Part shown: positions 10,127 to 20,015 of the stretch, one piece after another
Position numbering within the stretch: position 1 is the stretch's first letter
Layout: each line of letters opens with the position of its first letter
DNA from: a bacterium
Lineage (GTDB): Bacteria; Joyebacterota; Joyebacteria; Joyebacterales; Joyebacteraceae
DNA: 64,000 bases
NCBI GenBank assembly: GCA_025774935.1
Contig: JALGZK010000001.1
Coordinates: forward strand, 148,266-212,265
Reading direction: 5' to 3'
Translations under genes and position numbers: made by a program
Notes under the pieces: model-generated
What the model saw: only the letters and a program-made list of their open reading frames with translations
Databases searched by the model: none
Told to the model about the DNA's origin: nothing

Positions 10127-11028
10127 TGACGAGACCACGCAGTTCACAAGGGACAGCACTGGCCGCCGTTCTCCTGGCCGCCGTCGCGCTCGCGGGTGCG
10201 GGATGCGGAAGGGCGGAGTTCGACGAGGAGGTTGCGTTCGCGTATCTTATTCGCCAGTGCGAGTTCGGGCCGCGGGCCCCCGGCAGCCCTGGCCACGCGG
10301 CAACGCTGGAATGGCTCACCGGGACGCTCTCGCAGTCGGCTGACCAGGTGGCCGTGCAGCGGTTCAGGAGCGAGTCGCCGGCCGGGGGCGTCGATCTCAC
10401 GAACGTGATCGCATCGTTCCGTCTCGAGGAACGCGAGCGCGTGCTTCTCGCGGCGCACTGGGACACACGGATGGTGGCCGACCGCGACCCGGACCCCGAG
10501 CGGCGGTCCGAGCCGATTCTCGGGGCCAACGATGGCGCCTCCGGCGTCGCGGTTCTCGTGACGCTCGCGGAGCTCATGGCGGAGCGCGCACCGTCCGTCG
10601 GCGTCGACCTTCTGTTCTTCGACGGCGAGGACGGCGGAGGCGGGGGAGGCCTGGGCGACTGGTGCCTCGGGTCGTCGTACTACGCGGCGCACGTCGGAGG
10701 GTACGCCCCGCGGTACGCGGTCGTGATCGACATGGTCGGCGACAGCGACCTGGGCATCCCCAAGGAACCGAACTCGCTCGCGGCGCACCCGGAGGTCGTC
10801 CGCGAAGTCTGGGACGCAGCGGAGCGCGTCGGCTCGACGAGCTTCCTCGACCACGTGGGCCCCGCGATGTACGACGATCACGTCCCCCTCATCCGGTCGG
10901 GCATCCCCGCGGTGCTCGTGATCGATCCCCACTACGAGAGCTGGCACACGACCGAAGACACCCCCGACAAGTGCAGTCCGGCGAGCCTGGGTGAGGTCGG
11001 CCGGGTCCTGGTCGAGCTCATCTACTAG
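10126..11028 (+). CDS. Lipoprotein, M28-family metallopeptidase / glutaminyl-peptide cyclotransferase-like
   Basis: ATG at 10126 overlaps the upstream TAA by 1 nt (TAATG). Signal peptide with a Cys lipobox-like site (…LAGAGCG). M28/QC-type metal-binding motifs are present (HWDTR, FFDGED, DMVGD, SWHTTEDT). Confidence 0.6.
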   Translation: MTRPRSSQGTALAAVLLAAVALAGAGCGRAEFDEEVAFAYLIRQCEFGPRAPGSPGHAATLEWLTGTLSQSADQVAVQRFRSESPAGGVDLTNVIASFRLEERERVLLAAHWDTRMVADRDPDPERRSEPILGANDGASGVAVLVTLAELMAERAPSVGVDLLFFDGEDGGGGGGLGDWCLGSSYYAAHVGGYAPRYAVVIDMVGDSDLGIPKEPNSLAAHPEVVREVWDAAERVGSTSFLDHVGPAMYDDHVPLIRSGIPAVLVIDPHYESWHTTEDTPDKCSPASLGEVGRVLVELIY

Positions 11029-11240
11029 GCGGGCCTGCTGCTCGGGGCCTCGTCCGGGCGCCCGCGGGCGCCCCGGACCGGTCCTCCCCGCACCCGACTC
11101 GAGTTCGGCCTCCCAGGGCCCGCTGCGAGCCCTTCGCCCAAGTTTTCGCTTGCGCCCCCCGGGGGCCCGTGCTACCTTTTGTCGCGGGAAGTGGGCTGGG
11201 TGCCCACTTTCTCCGTATACGGCCCGGAAAGGGTGCGAGC

Positions 11241-11690
11241 GTGGAACGGATCGACGAGCGTCTGTATGACCTCACGGCGGAGCTCGTGGCCGGGATGGGC
11301 TTCACGCTCGTCACGGTCGACGACGTCGTCGAGCACGGGCGGAGGACCTTTCGATTCACCATCGACCACGAGAGAGGCATCACGGTCGAGGACTGCGCGG
11401 GCGTCAGCCGCGAGATCGCGTACCTTCTGGACGACGAGCTTGCCCTCGAGGCGCGCTACGTTCTGGAGGTCAGCTCGCCGGGACTCGACCACGCACTCCG
11501 GAAGGAACGGGAGTACGCGCACTTCACCGGCCGGGAGGCCCGACTGGTCGTGAGGGAGCCGGTTGACGGAGAGAACGTCCTGACGGGGACGATCCTCGGA
11601 GCGGAGAAGGGCTCAGTCCGTCTGGACGTGGACGGCACGGAGATCGTCGTGCCACTTGAGAACGTCTCTCGCGCCCGACTGGTCATGTAG
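11241..11690 (+). CDS. rimP: Ribosome maturation factor RimP
   Basis: RimP-like sequence (…ELVAGMGFTLVTVD…EVSSPGLDHALR…), located immediately upstream of nusA as in most bacteria. The start is uncertain: GTG 11241 is preferred, but an in-frame upstream start at 11169 is possible. Confidence 0.7.
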   Translation: MERIDERLYDLTAELVAGMGFTLVTVDDVVEHGRRTFRFTIDHERGITVEDCAGVSREIAYLLDDELALEARYVLEVSSPGLDHALRKEREYAHFTGREARLVVREPVDGENVLTGTILGAEKGSVRLDVDGTEIVVPLENVSRARLVM

Positions 11691-11751
11691 CGAAGCCCGG
11701 CGGCGGGCGAGCCCGCCCGGCCGGTCAACTCGAGTTGAGGAGACACGCAAG

Positions 11752-13434
11752 ATGAACACCGGAATCCTGGAGGCGCTCCGGAGGATCGCGCGGGAGAAGC
11801 AGCTCGACGGCGCGCTCCTCGTCGAGGCGCTCGAGGCCGGGCTGATGTCAGCGGCCCGGAAGAAGTACGGACCCGCGGCCGACATCGAGGTGCTCGTCGA
11901 CGACGAGACCGACACGCTCGGGGTGTACCTGAACAAGACCGTCGTGGACGATCCCGAGGACCCGATCACGGAGATCGAGTTCGAGGAGGCGAGGGAGCTC
12001 GACGGCACGGCGGAGGACGGCGACGTTGTGAGGGTGGAGGTGCCGCTCGACGAGTTCGGGAGAAACGCGATCCAGGCGGCGAAGCAGATCGTTGTCCAGA
12101 GGGTCCGTGAGGCCGAGCGGGAGCAGATCTACGGTGAGTTCCAGGACCGGATCGGTGAGATCGTCACGGGGGACGTGCAGCAGATCGAGCGCGGCGGAAT
12201 CGTCGTCAACCTCGGGCGCACCGAGGCGCTCCTTCCGACACGGGAGCAGATCAGGCGCGAGCGCTATCGCCAGGGCGACAGGGTGCGCGCGTACCTGCTT
12301 TCGGTGGAGAAGACGACGAAGGGGCCGCAGATCATCCTCTCGAGGACTCATCCGAACTTCCTGAAGAAGTTGTTCCGGATGGAGGTCCCGGAGATCTACG
12401 ACTCGGTCGTGGAGATCATGGCGATCGCGCGGGAGGCCGGCGGACGCTCGAAGGTCGCGGTCGTGTCGCACGACGAGCGGGTCGATCCCGTCGGCGCCTG
12501 CGTCGGCGTCAAGGGATCGAGGATCCAGACGATCGTGCGGGAGCTTTCCGGAGAGAAGATCGACATCGTTCCGTGGAACGTCGACCCGGCCGTCCTCGTC
12601 TCCAGGGCCCTCAACCCCGCGAAGGTATCGAGGACGCTCGTGAACGAGGCCGAACACGCCGTGAAGGTGATCGTGCCGGACGACCAGCTGTCGCTCGCCA
12701 TCGGGAAGGGCGGACAGAATGCGCGACTCGCTGCGAAGCTCACCGGTTGGAAGATCGACATCGTCGGAGAGACGGAGCACACGAGGGAGCTCGAGATCGA
12801 CCTCGCGCAGCGGGTGAACGTCAGCGAGCTGCCTGGAGTCGGCGCCAAGATGGCGGAGAACCTCGCCGACGCCGGGTACCGGCACGTTCAGGACCTGGAC
12901 GGAATCTCAACGGAGGACCTCCTGAACGTACCGGGCGTCGGAGCCAAGACTGCCGAGAAGATCTCTATTGCCGTCGCGGCAGTGCTCGAGGTGCTCGACG
13001 AGGAGAAGCAGGTGCTCCTGAAGGAGATCGAGGAGCAGGCGCGCGCCGAGGCGATGAGGGCGGCGGAGGCACGAGAGCAGGCGGCGCGGGAAGAGGAGGA
13101 GGGGCGGGAGGAAGAGGACGCCGAGGAGGGTGAGGAGGAGGTCGAGGAGGACTCCGAACAGGAGGCGCCTGAGGCCGAGGACACCGATCAGGGCGCCGCC
13201 GAGGATGCTGAGGAGACGGACGAGGAGGAGGTCGTCGAAGAAGTGGTGGACGAAGAAGAAGTCCCGGACGAAGACGCGCCGGAGGGCGACGAGGAAGAGG
13301 AGCCTGAGAGCGAAGAGGAAGACGAGCCTGAGGGCGACGAGGAAGACGAGACCGAGTCCGACGACGAAGCTACAGCCGACGGAGAAGACGAGTCCGACGC
13401 GGAGGAGGAACCCGCCGACGACGAGGATCGATAG
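11752..13434 (+). CDS. nusA: Transcription termination/antitermination factor NusA with a long polyacidic C-terminal tail
   Basis: ATG 11752 is preceded by GAGGAG. It contains the N-terminal domain, S1 and KH1/KH2 (…VGVKGSRIQTIVRELSGEKIDIV…). The C-terminal ~140 aa are almost entirely D/E. Confidence 0.9.
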   Translation: MNTGILEALRRIAREKQLDGALLVEALEAGLMSAARKKYGPAADIEVLVDDETDTLGVYLNKTVVDDPEDPITEIEFEEARELDGTAEDGDVVRVEVPLDEFGRNAIQAAKQIVVQRVREAEREQIYGEFQDRIGEIVTGDVQQIERGGIVVNLGRTEALLPTREQIRRERYRQGDRVRAYLLSVEKTTKGPQIILSRTHPNFLKKLFRMEVPEIYDSVVEIMAIAREAGGRSKVAVVSHDERVDPVGACVGVKGSRIQTIVRELSGEKIDIVPWNVDPAVLVSRALNPAKVSRTLVNEAEHAVKVIVPDDQLSLAIGKGGQNARLAAKLTGWKIDIVGETEHTRELEIDLAQRVNVSELPGVGAKMAENLADAGYRHVQDLDGISTEDLLNVPGVGAKTAEKISIAVAAVLEVLDEEKQVLLKEIEEQARAEAMRAAEAREQAAREEEEGREEEDAEEGEEEVEEDSEQEAPEAEDTDQGAAEDAEETDEEEVVEEVVDEEEVPDEDAPEGDEEEEPESEEEDEPEGDEEDETESDDEATADGEDESDAEEEPADDEDR

Positions 13435-13560
13435 CGAGACTCAGCGTGAGGCTCGCAGCGCGGAGGGTCGGCGACGGCAGGGCGAGCGTCGCGACCGACG
13501 GAAGACCGACACGGTGCCGTCGGGACACGCATGCTGACAGGAGCGACACGGAGGCAACAC

Positions 13561-15969
13561 GTGGGGAAGAAGCGAGTATACCAGGTCGCGAAAGAGTTCA
13601 GGATATCGAGCGAGGCCCTTATCGGCATGCTCAAGAAGCTCGGCGCCGAGGCGACGAGCCACATGAACGCCATCGACGATGACGTGGTTGAGAAGGTGCG
13701 GGCGGAGTTCGAGAAGGAGAAGGACGCGCTCAAGAAGGAGTACGCCAAGAAGGTCAGGAAGGCGGTCCGCGAGCGCACGAAGAAGGCCGAGGAGCAGAAG
13801 GCCAAGGAGAAGAAGGCGGCGGAGAAGAAGGCCCCCGAGAAGAAGCCGAAGAAGACCGCGAAGCCCGCGGCGGCGAAGGCAGGTCGCGCGAAGGCAACGG
13901 CCGAAGCAACGGCGACGAAGCCCGCGGCGCCGACCAAGAAGCCGGCAGCGCCGGGCAGGAAGGCGGCGCCGGCGGCGAAGCCAGCTGCCGCGAAGCCTGT
14001 GGTGTCCGCAGCGAAGCCCGCGGCGCCGACCAGGGCGGAGGCAGGGCGGAAGGGGAAGAAGCGCAGGAAGCCGCGGGTCGATCAGAAGACGGTCGAGGAT
14101 ACCGTCAGGAGGACCCTCGCCGCGACCGGCGAACGACGTCCGAGGCGCAAGAGGCGCAAGGTGCGGAGCGACGGCGCCATCATCGAGGAGGAGATAAAGG
14201 TCCAGATCCCGGAGTTCGCGTCGGTTGGGGAGTTCGCGGAGGCACTAGACGTGCCGCCCAACGACGTGATCAAGAAGTGCCTGGACCTGGGCCTGATGGT
14301 GACGATCAACCAGCGGCTCGATGAGGACACGATTCTGCTCCTCGCCGATGCGTTCGACGAAGAGGTCGAGTTCCTGAAGGAGTACGGCGAGGACATCCTC
14401 GAGGAGCAGCATGACGTCGCCGTAGAGGGTGCCGAGACCGTTCCCAGGTCTCCTGTCGTCGCGGTGATGGGGCACGTCGATCACGGCAAGACCCTTCTCC
14501 TGGACTACATCAGACGGACGAACGTCGTGGCTGGCGAGTCGGGCGGGATCACGCAGCACATCGGTGCGTACGAGGTCGTGCACGACGGGAAGAAGGTCAC
14601 CTTCCTCGACACGCCGGGTCACGAAGCGTTCACGGCGATGCGCGCGCGCGGCGCGCAGATCACCGACATGGTGGTTCTCGTCGTGGCGGCGGACGACGGC
14701 GTGATGCCCCAGACCGTCGAGGCCATCGACCACGCGAGAGCGGCTGGGGTCCCAATCGTTGTTGCGATCAACAAGAGCGACCTCCCGACAGCGAACGCGG
14801 ACAAGGTGAAGACGGAGCTGTCTCAGCAGGGTCTCACGGTGAGCGAGTGGGGCGGAGACATCACGTCTGTAGAGACGTCCGCAAAGACGGGAGACGGTGT
14901 CACGAAGCTCCTGGAGGAGCTGCTCTTCCAGGCGGACCTCCTCGAGCTCGAGGCGGTGGACACCGGACCGGCCCGCGGGGTCGTGGTCGAAGTGGAGAAG
15001 CAGCGTGGCCGCGGCGTCGTCGCGACGGTGCTCGTTCAGAGCGGGACGTTCAACTCCGGCGACCCGTTCGTCGTGGGGCTCGCCGACGGCAAGGCGAGAG
15101 CGCTCTACGACGAGAGGAACCGGGAGGTCATGACGGCGGGCCCGTCGAAGCCTGTTCTGGTGTCGGGACTCGCCGGCGTTCCTCAGGCAGGTGACATCCT
15201 CGCGGTGGTGAGCGACGAGAGGCTGGCGCGTGAGATTAGCGCGAAGAGACGACAGCAGCAGTGGGAGCGTCAGACGCGGTTCCAGAACCGCGTGACCCTC
15301 GAGGATCTCCACAAGCAGATCGAGGCCGGGTCCATCAAGGAGCTCCGGATCGTGATCAACGGCGACGTCGACGGGTCGGTCGGCGCGCTGGCGGACTCGC
15401 TCGAGAAGCTGTCGACGGCCGAGGTCAAGGTCGAGGTCATCCGGAAGGCGGTCGGCGCCGTCACCGAGACGGACGTCCTCCTGGCCGCAGCGTCGAACGC
15501 GATCATCGTCGGGTTTCACATCGGCGTGTCGGTGCACGTCAAGGAGCTCGCGAGGCGGGAGCACGTCGAGATCCGGCTGTACAAGGTCATCTACGAGGCA
15601 GTCGAGGACATCCGCGCGGCGATGGAGGGGCTCCTGGAGCCCGAGCGCCGCGAGGTCGTCGTCGGAACCGCCGAAGTGCGCGAGATATTCCGCGTTCCCC
15701 GGCTTGGCATGATCGCCGGCTGCTATGTCCTGTCGGGCGCGGTCAGGCGCGGGGCCAAGGCGCGGCTGATTCGCGAGGAGATGCTCCTCCACGAGGGGAC
15801 CATCGACTCGCTCAAGCGCTTCAAGGACGACGTACGGGAGGTCCAGACAGGCTTCGAGTGCGGCATCGGGATCGAAGGAATGGACGACGTTCAGGCGGGC
15901 GACCTGATCGAGGTGTACGACATCGAGGAGGTGGCGCGGAAGCTGAGCGACACGGCAGCGGCCGCGTGA
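13561..15969 (+). CDS. infB: Translation initiation factor IF-2
   Basis: GTG 13561 is preceded by GGAGG. The IF2-N motif is present ([28 protein letters not shown]), followed by a K/A-rich linker, the GTPase domain ([14 protein letters not shown]…DTPGHEAF…NKSD) and the C-terminal domain. Confidence 0.9.
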   Translation: MGKKRVYQVAKEFRISSEALIGMLKKLGAEATSHMNAIDDDVVEKVRAEFEKEKDALKKEYAKKVRKAVRERTKKAEEQKAKEKKAAEKKAPEKKPKKTAKPAAAKAGRAKATAEATATKPAAPTKKPAAPGRKAAPAAKPAAAKPVVSAAKPAAPTRAEAGRKGKKRRKPRVDQKTVEDTVRRTLAATGERRPRRKRRKVRSDGAIIEEEIKVQIPEFASVGEFAEALDVPPNDVIKKCLDLGLMVTINQRLDEDTILLLADAFDEEVEFLKEYGEDILEEQHDVAVEGAETVPRSPVVAVMGHVDHGKTLLLDYIRRTNVVAGESGGITQHIGAYEVVHDGKKVTFLDTPGHEAFTAMRARGAQITDMVVLVVAADDGVMPQTVEAIDHARAAGVPIVVAINKSDLPTANADKVKTELSQQGLTVSEWGGDITSVETSAKTGDGVTKLLEELLFQADLLELEAVDTGPARGVVVEVEKQRGRGVVATVLVQSGTFNSGDPFVVGLADGKARALYDERNREVMTAGPSKPVLVSGLAGVPQAGDILAVVSDERLAREISAKRRQQQWERQTRFQNRVTLEDLHKQIEAGSIKELRIVINGDVDGSVGALADSLEKLSTAEVKVEVIRKAVGAVTETDVLLAAASNAIIVGFHIGVSVHVKELARREHVEIRLYKVIYEAVEDIRAAMEGLLEPERREVVVGTAEVREIFRVPRLGMIAGCYVLSGAVRRGAKARLIREEMLLHEGTIDSLKRFKDDVREVQTGFECGIGIEGMDDVQAGDLIEVYDIEEVARKLSDTAAAA

Positions 15970-15994
15970 GTGACGCGCCGTCGGGAAGTGCGCT

Positions 15995-16276
15995 GTGATA
16001 GTCGGGACCCTCGAGGTAACTCTCAGGATCGGCGGAAGCCAGTCCCTCAAGTCGAGACGCAGAGTCGTCAAGAGCCTGAAGGACCGGATCAGGGCACGGT
16101 ACAACGTATCGGTCGCTGACGTCGGCGACCAGAACGTGTGGCAGAGCGCCGTGCTCGCGGTGGCCGTTGTGTCGAACGACGGCGGCTTCGCACGCGAGGT
16201 CCTGTCGAAGATCCTGCGGCTGGTCCTCTCCGACCCGCGGGTCGACGTGCTCGATCACAACGTTGACATCGTGTAG
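15995..16276 (+). CDS. DUF503 (YlxP-like) protein
   Basis: 93-aa ORF (…GTLEVTLRIGGSQSLKSRRRVVKSLKDR…) in the conserved position between infB and rbfA. It starts with GTG. Confidence 0.7.
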   Translation: MIVGTLEVTLRIGGSQSLKSRRRVVKSLKDRIRARYNVSVADVGDQNVWQSAVLAVAVVSNDGGFAREVLSKILRLVLSDPRVDVLDHNVDIV

Positions 16277-16360
16277 CAGCACCTCCCTCCGACGCCACGC
16301 GTATCCGCACCGCCTCCACGAAGAGAGGCAGCCGCACGAGCGGCCGCCGAAGGAAGCAGA

Positions 16361-16747
16361 TTGACGCACAAGCGCATACTCAGAGTCAGAGAGGCGGTTC
16401 GGCGCGAGCTCGGCCTCATCCTCGACCGGAAGATGAACGATCCGAGGGTCGGCATGGTGACCGTAACGAGGGTCGAGCTCTCGGACGACCTCAAGTACGC
16501 GAAGGTGTTCGTGAGCCTCTTCGGGGAACCAGAGGAGAAGGAGACGGTCCTCAGGATCCTCCGGAAGGCGAGACGTTTTCTCAGGGGAGAGCTGGCGCAC
16601 ACACTAACCATGCGCACTGCCCCCGAGCTGTCGTTCGTCCTCGACGATTCCTCCGAGGACTACCTCCGCATCGACGAGGTACTCAAGAAGATCCATGCCG
16701 AAAACACAGAACGAGACGGAACGGAAGAAGATCCGGAAGGCCCTTGA
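16361..16747 (+). CDS. rbfA: Ribosome-binding factor A
   Basis: TTG start. RbfA-like sequence (RVREAVRRELGLIL…DPRVGMVTVTRVELSDDLKYAKVFVS…), in the conserved infB-rbfA-truB context. Confidence 0.8.
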   Translation: MTHKRILRVREAVRRELGLILDRKMNDPRVGMVTVTRVELSDDLKYAKVFVSLFGEPEEKETVLRILRKARRFLRGELAHTLTMRTAPELSFVLDDSSEDYLRIDEVLKKIHAENTERDGTEEDPEGP

Positions 16748-17669
16748 GGCCGGAGGTTCCTTCGTCCTTGCGGCGCACAGGAGACCGGACGGGGACGCGC
16801 TGGGCTCGATGCTCGCCCTCGCGAGGTGGATCGAGGGGAGGGGAGGCATCGCCGCCGTTGTCTGTCCCGGAGGCGTTCCCGAACCGTATGGATTCCTGCC
16901 GGGAGCGGAGTCGGTGGTTCGCGGGTTTCCGATCGCTCCGGCGCAAGCGGCCCTCATCGTGGTCGACACTCCGATGGTCTCGCGCACAGGCGCGCCCCCG
17001 GAGCTCGTCGCTCAGGCGTCTCCCGTGATCAACATCGACCACCACCCCGATAACGAGGAGTTCGGTGACGCGAACCTCGTCGACACGAGCGCCTCAGCCG
17101 CAGCGCTGCTGGTGTACGAGATCCTGGAGCCCCTCGGCGGGCTTGCCTCCGAGATCGCGTCCCTCTTGTACGTCGGGATCTTCACCGACACTGGCGGATT
17201 CCGGTTCGGCAACACCGACGCCAGGACCCTCGCCACGGCTGCCAGACTCGTGGAGCTTGGCGCCGACCCCGCGCTGACCGCGCGGATGGTCTACGGCGAG
17301 CAGCCGCTTGGCCGACTGAGGCTTCTCGGGCTCGTCCTGGCGTCGGCGGAGACGGTCCTGGACGGCAGGGTCGCTGTGCTCACTTTGACCGACGAGATGC
17401 GGCGCGAGACGGGATCGAGCGGAGACGAGATCGAGGGCCTCGCGGCGTACGGCCGGCACATCGAGGGCGCACAGGTCTCGGCCCTTCTGAGGGAGCTTGA
17501 CGGCGCGGTGCGGGTGAGCCTGCGGTCGGCCGGACCGGTAGACGTGAACGCAGTGGCCGCGAGCCTCGGAGGAGGTGGCCACCGCGCCGCTGCAGGAATC
17601 GTCATGGAGGGATCGCTGGAGGAAGCGCGCGGGCGCCTCATTGAAGCGATCGAGGAGTTCCTCGTCTAG
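16695..17669 (+). CDS. nrnA: DHH-family phosphoesterase (NrnA-like bifunctional oligoribonuclease/pAp phosphatase)
   Basis: DHH motifs (…AAHRRPDGDALGSM…) and a DHHA1 C-terminus (GGGGHRAAAG). The annotated start overlaps the rbfA 3' end by 53 nt, so the true start may be further downstream. Confidence 0.75.
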   Translation: MPKTQNETERKKIRKALEAGGSFVLAAHRRPDGDALGSMLALARWIEGRGGIAAVVCPGGVPEPYGFLPGAESVVRGFPIAPAQAALIVVDTPMVSRTGAPPELVAQASPVINIDHHPDNEEFGDANLVDTSASAAALLVYEILEPLGGLASEIASLLYVGIFTDTGGFRFGNTDARTLATAARLVELGADPALTARMVYGEQPLGRLRLLGLVLASAETVLDGRVAVLTLTDEMRRETGSSGDEIEGLAAYGRHIEGAQVSALLRELDGAVRVSLRSAGPVDVNAVAASLGGGGHRAAAGIVMEGSLEEARGRLIEAIEEFLV

Positions 17670-17726
17670 GAACGCCCGAGGGTGCGGGTGCAGAAGCGGA
17701 CGCGGGAGGGGAGGCAGGAACGTACC

Positions 17727-18629
17727 TTGGATCGAGTGCTCGTGGTCGACAAGCCTCCCGGTATGACTTCTCACGACGTAGTCCAGCGCGTGAGACGCTC
17801 CTCCCGCATCAAGAAGGTCGGCCACACTGGAACGCTCGATCCGGCCGCGACCGGCGTCCTCGTGCTCCTGACCGGAAAGGCCACGAGGCTCGCGCAGTTC
17901 TTCGTGAACGACGACAAGGCGTACCGGGGACACCTGGTCCTCGGCGTCACGACTGGCACGCAGGACGCGGACGGCGAAATCCTGGAGGAGAGGGACCCGG
18001 GCGGCGTGACGCTCCCACAGATCGAGAGCGCGCTCGCGCAGTTCGTGGGCGACATCGAACAGGTACCTCCGATGGTGTCCGCTCTGAAGCACGAGGGAAC
18101 TCCGCTCTACGTCCTCGCTCGCAAGGGCGTCGTCGTGGACCGCGAGCCCAGGCGAGTCGTCGTGCAGAGACTCGAGGTCATTCGTTTCGAGCCGCCGCGG
18201 GTGGAATTCGAGATCGTGTGCTCGAGCGGAACCTACGTACGCACGATCGCCTCCGACGTCGGCGAGCTCCTGGGATGCGGGGCGCACCTCGGAGGTCTCT
18301 CCCGGACGCGAGTGGGCGCGTTCGGGCTCGAGCAGGCTGCGTCCCTCGAAGCGATAGAAAGCGCTCGCCGCGATCTGTCGTCGTTCGGCCTGCCGATGCT
18401 GGAGGCACTGCCTCGTCTGCCACTTCTGACCGTCGACGAGCGGGAAGAGCAGTCGATCTCGACCGGAGGCGCGATCGACGTGGCGCCGGACCGGCTGGCG
18501 GGCTCCCTCGACGGTCTCGTGCGGATCACTGCCGACGGCGCGGAGCTGCTCGCCATCGGGCGGGAGTCGGGCGAGAGGAACGGAACCATCGTGGTCAGAC
18601 CGGTGCGCGTCTTCGCGGATCAGAGGTGA
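17727..18629 (+). CDS. truB: tRNA pseudouridine(55) synthase TruB
   Basis: TruB catalytic region (…LVVDKPPGMTSHDVV…GHTGTLDPAATGVLVLLTG…). TTG 17727 is preceded by a purine-rich SD; the ORF track offers an alternative upstream start at 17682. Confidence 0.85.
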   Translation: MDRVLVVDKPPGMTSHDVVQRVRRSSRIKKVGHTGTLDPAATGVLVLLTGKATRLAQFFVNDDKAYRGHLVLGVTTGTQDADGEILEERDPGGVTLPQIESALAQFVGDIEQVPPMVSALKHEGTPLYVLARKGVVVDREPRRVVVQRLEVIRFEPPRVEFEIVCSSGTYVRTIASDVGELLGCGAHLGGLSRTRVGAFGLEQAASLEAIESARRDLSSFGLPMLEALPRLPLLTVDEREEQSISTGGAIDVAPDRLAGSLDGLVRITADGAELLAIGRESGERNGTIVVRPVRVFADQR

Positions 18630-18633
18630 ACGC

Positions 18634-19563
18634 GTGAAGCTTCTTCGAACTCCAGAGGGGATACCTGCGGACGATCCTGAGCTTCTCTCGGTGACCGTCG
18701 GGAACTTCGACGGCGTCCACCGCGGCCACGCCGCCGTCATCGAGGAGCTCGTGGAGAGCGCACGCTCACGCGGGGCGATGGCCGTGGCAGTCACCTTCGA
18801 ACCGCACCCGATCGCGGTCGTCGCGCCCGAGCACGCCCCCGGACTCCTCACGACGACCGATGAAAAGGCGGAGCTCATGGCTCCGTCCGGCCTCGCCGCT
18901 CTTCTCGTCGTCGAGTTCACGCCGGAGGTCATGAACGAGAACGCCCGCGAGTTCCTGTCGTGGCTCAAGGTCGGCCACGGCTCCCATCTCGTTCTCGGCT
19001 ACGACTTCCACATGGGCAAGGGGCGCTGCTGCGACATCGGCCGGCTCTCCGAGCTCGGCGCCGAGATCGGGTACGGGCTGGACGTCGTGCCTCCCGTCGA
19101 GCACGATGGCCTCCCGATCTCGAGCACGCGGATCCGTGAGAGCGTGGCCGAGGGCGACGTAGAGGACGCGCAGGTCATGCTCGGGAGACCGTACTCGCTC
19201 CGAGGGAAGGTCGTCGGCGGCCAGGGAGCCGGGAAGCTCCTCCGGAGCCCGACAGCGAATCTCGAACTTCCGGAGGAGAAGCTGCTGCCGGGGGACGGTG
19301 TCTACGTCGCCTCGGCGACGAGCCTCGATGGGAGGCCGGCGGCGCTCTACGTGGGCACGCGCCCCACGTTCGGGAGGGGCGAGAGGCGGGCCGAGGTTCA
19401 CATCCTCGACCTCGAGGCCGACCTCTATGGCGCGACTCTGGCCGTCGATCTCGTTGAACGGATCCGCGGAGACGAGACGTTCGGGAGCGCCGAGGAACTG
19501 GCTGCCCGGATCGGGGAGGACCTCGAGCGGGTCAGGGAACGGGCACAGGCGCGCGGTATGTGA
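18634..19563 (+). CDS. ribF: Bifunctional riboflavin kinase / FMN adenylyltransferase
   Basis: GTG start 5 nt after the truB stop. The FAD synthetase N-terminal domain (GNFDGVHRGHAAVI) and the riboflavin kinase C-terminal domain are both present. Confidence 0.85.
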   Translation: MKLLRTPEGIPADDPELLSVTVGNFDGVHRGHAAVIEELVESARSRGAMAVAVTFEPHPIAVVAPEHAPGLLTTTDEKAELMAPSGLAALLVVEFTPEVMNENAREFLSWLKVGHGSHLVLGYDFHMGKGRCCDIGRLSELGAEIGYGLDVVPPVEHDGLPISSTRIRESVAEGDVEDAQVMLGRPYSLRGKVVGGQGAGKLLRSPTANLELPEEKLLPGDGVYVASATSLDGRPAALYVGTRPTFGRGERRAEVHILDLEADLYGATLAVDLVERIRGDETFGSAEELAARIGEDLERVRERAQARGM

Positions 19564-19617
19564 GGAGCGGTTCACCGGGGGCGTCCACCAGACGGGCCTG
19601 AGAAGGGCAGTTTCTTT

Positions 19618-19646
19618 TTGACAGGGTACCGGTCTTGTGCTAGGTT
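19618..19646 (+). promoter_or_regulatory. sigma70-like promoter (TTGACA-17-TAGGTT) upstream of rpsO, preceded by a T-tract
   Basis: -35 at 19618-19623, 17-nt spacer, -10 at 19641-19646. A T-rich tract (tttcttttt) lies immediately upstream. Confidence 0.4.
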
Positions 19647-19697
19647 GACCAAGATTCGTAAGGGCATCGCGCAGTTGCGGGACGGAGGGATTCGAGA

Positions 19698-19967
19698 GTG
19701 TCGCTAACGAAGGAAAAGAAGAGAGAGATCGTCAAGCGGTTCGAGACGCACGCTGGCGACACCGGGTCGGCGGAGGTGCAGATCGCGCTTCTGACCGAGA
19801 GGATCCAGACTCTCTCCACGCACTTCGACATGCACAAGAAGGACAATCATTCGAGGCTCGGCCTTCTCAAGATGGTCGGCAAGCGTCGTCGCCTGCTGAA
19901 CTACCTCAAGGAGCACAAGCCGGGCAGTTACAAGCAGGTCATCAAGGAACTCGGGCTTCGCAGGTAG
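19698..19967 (+). CDS. rpsO: 30S ribosomal protein S15
   Basis: 89-aa ORF ([36 protein letters not shown]…) with a GTG start preceded by GGAGGGA. Confidence 0.95.
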   Translation: MSLTKEKKREIVKRFETHAGDTGSAEVQIALLTERIQTLSTHFDMHKKDNHSRLGLLKMVGKRRRLLNYLKEHKPGSYKQVIKELGLRR

Positions 19968-20015
19968 TCGGACGCGATACGCGAGACAATCCGGCTGCAC
20001 GTGCGCCCGGGAGCT

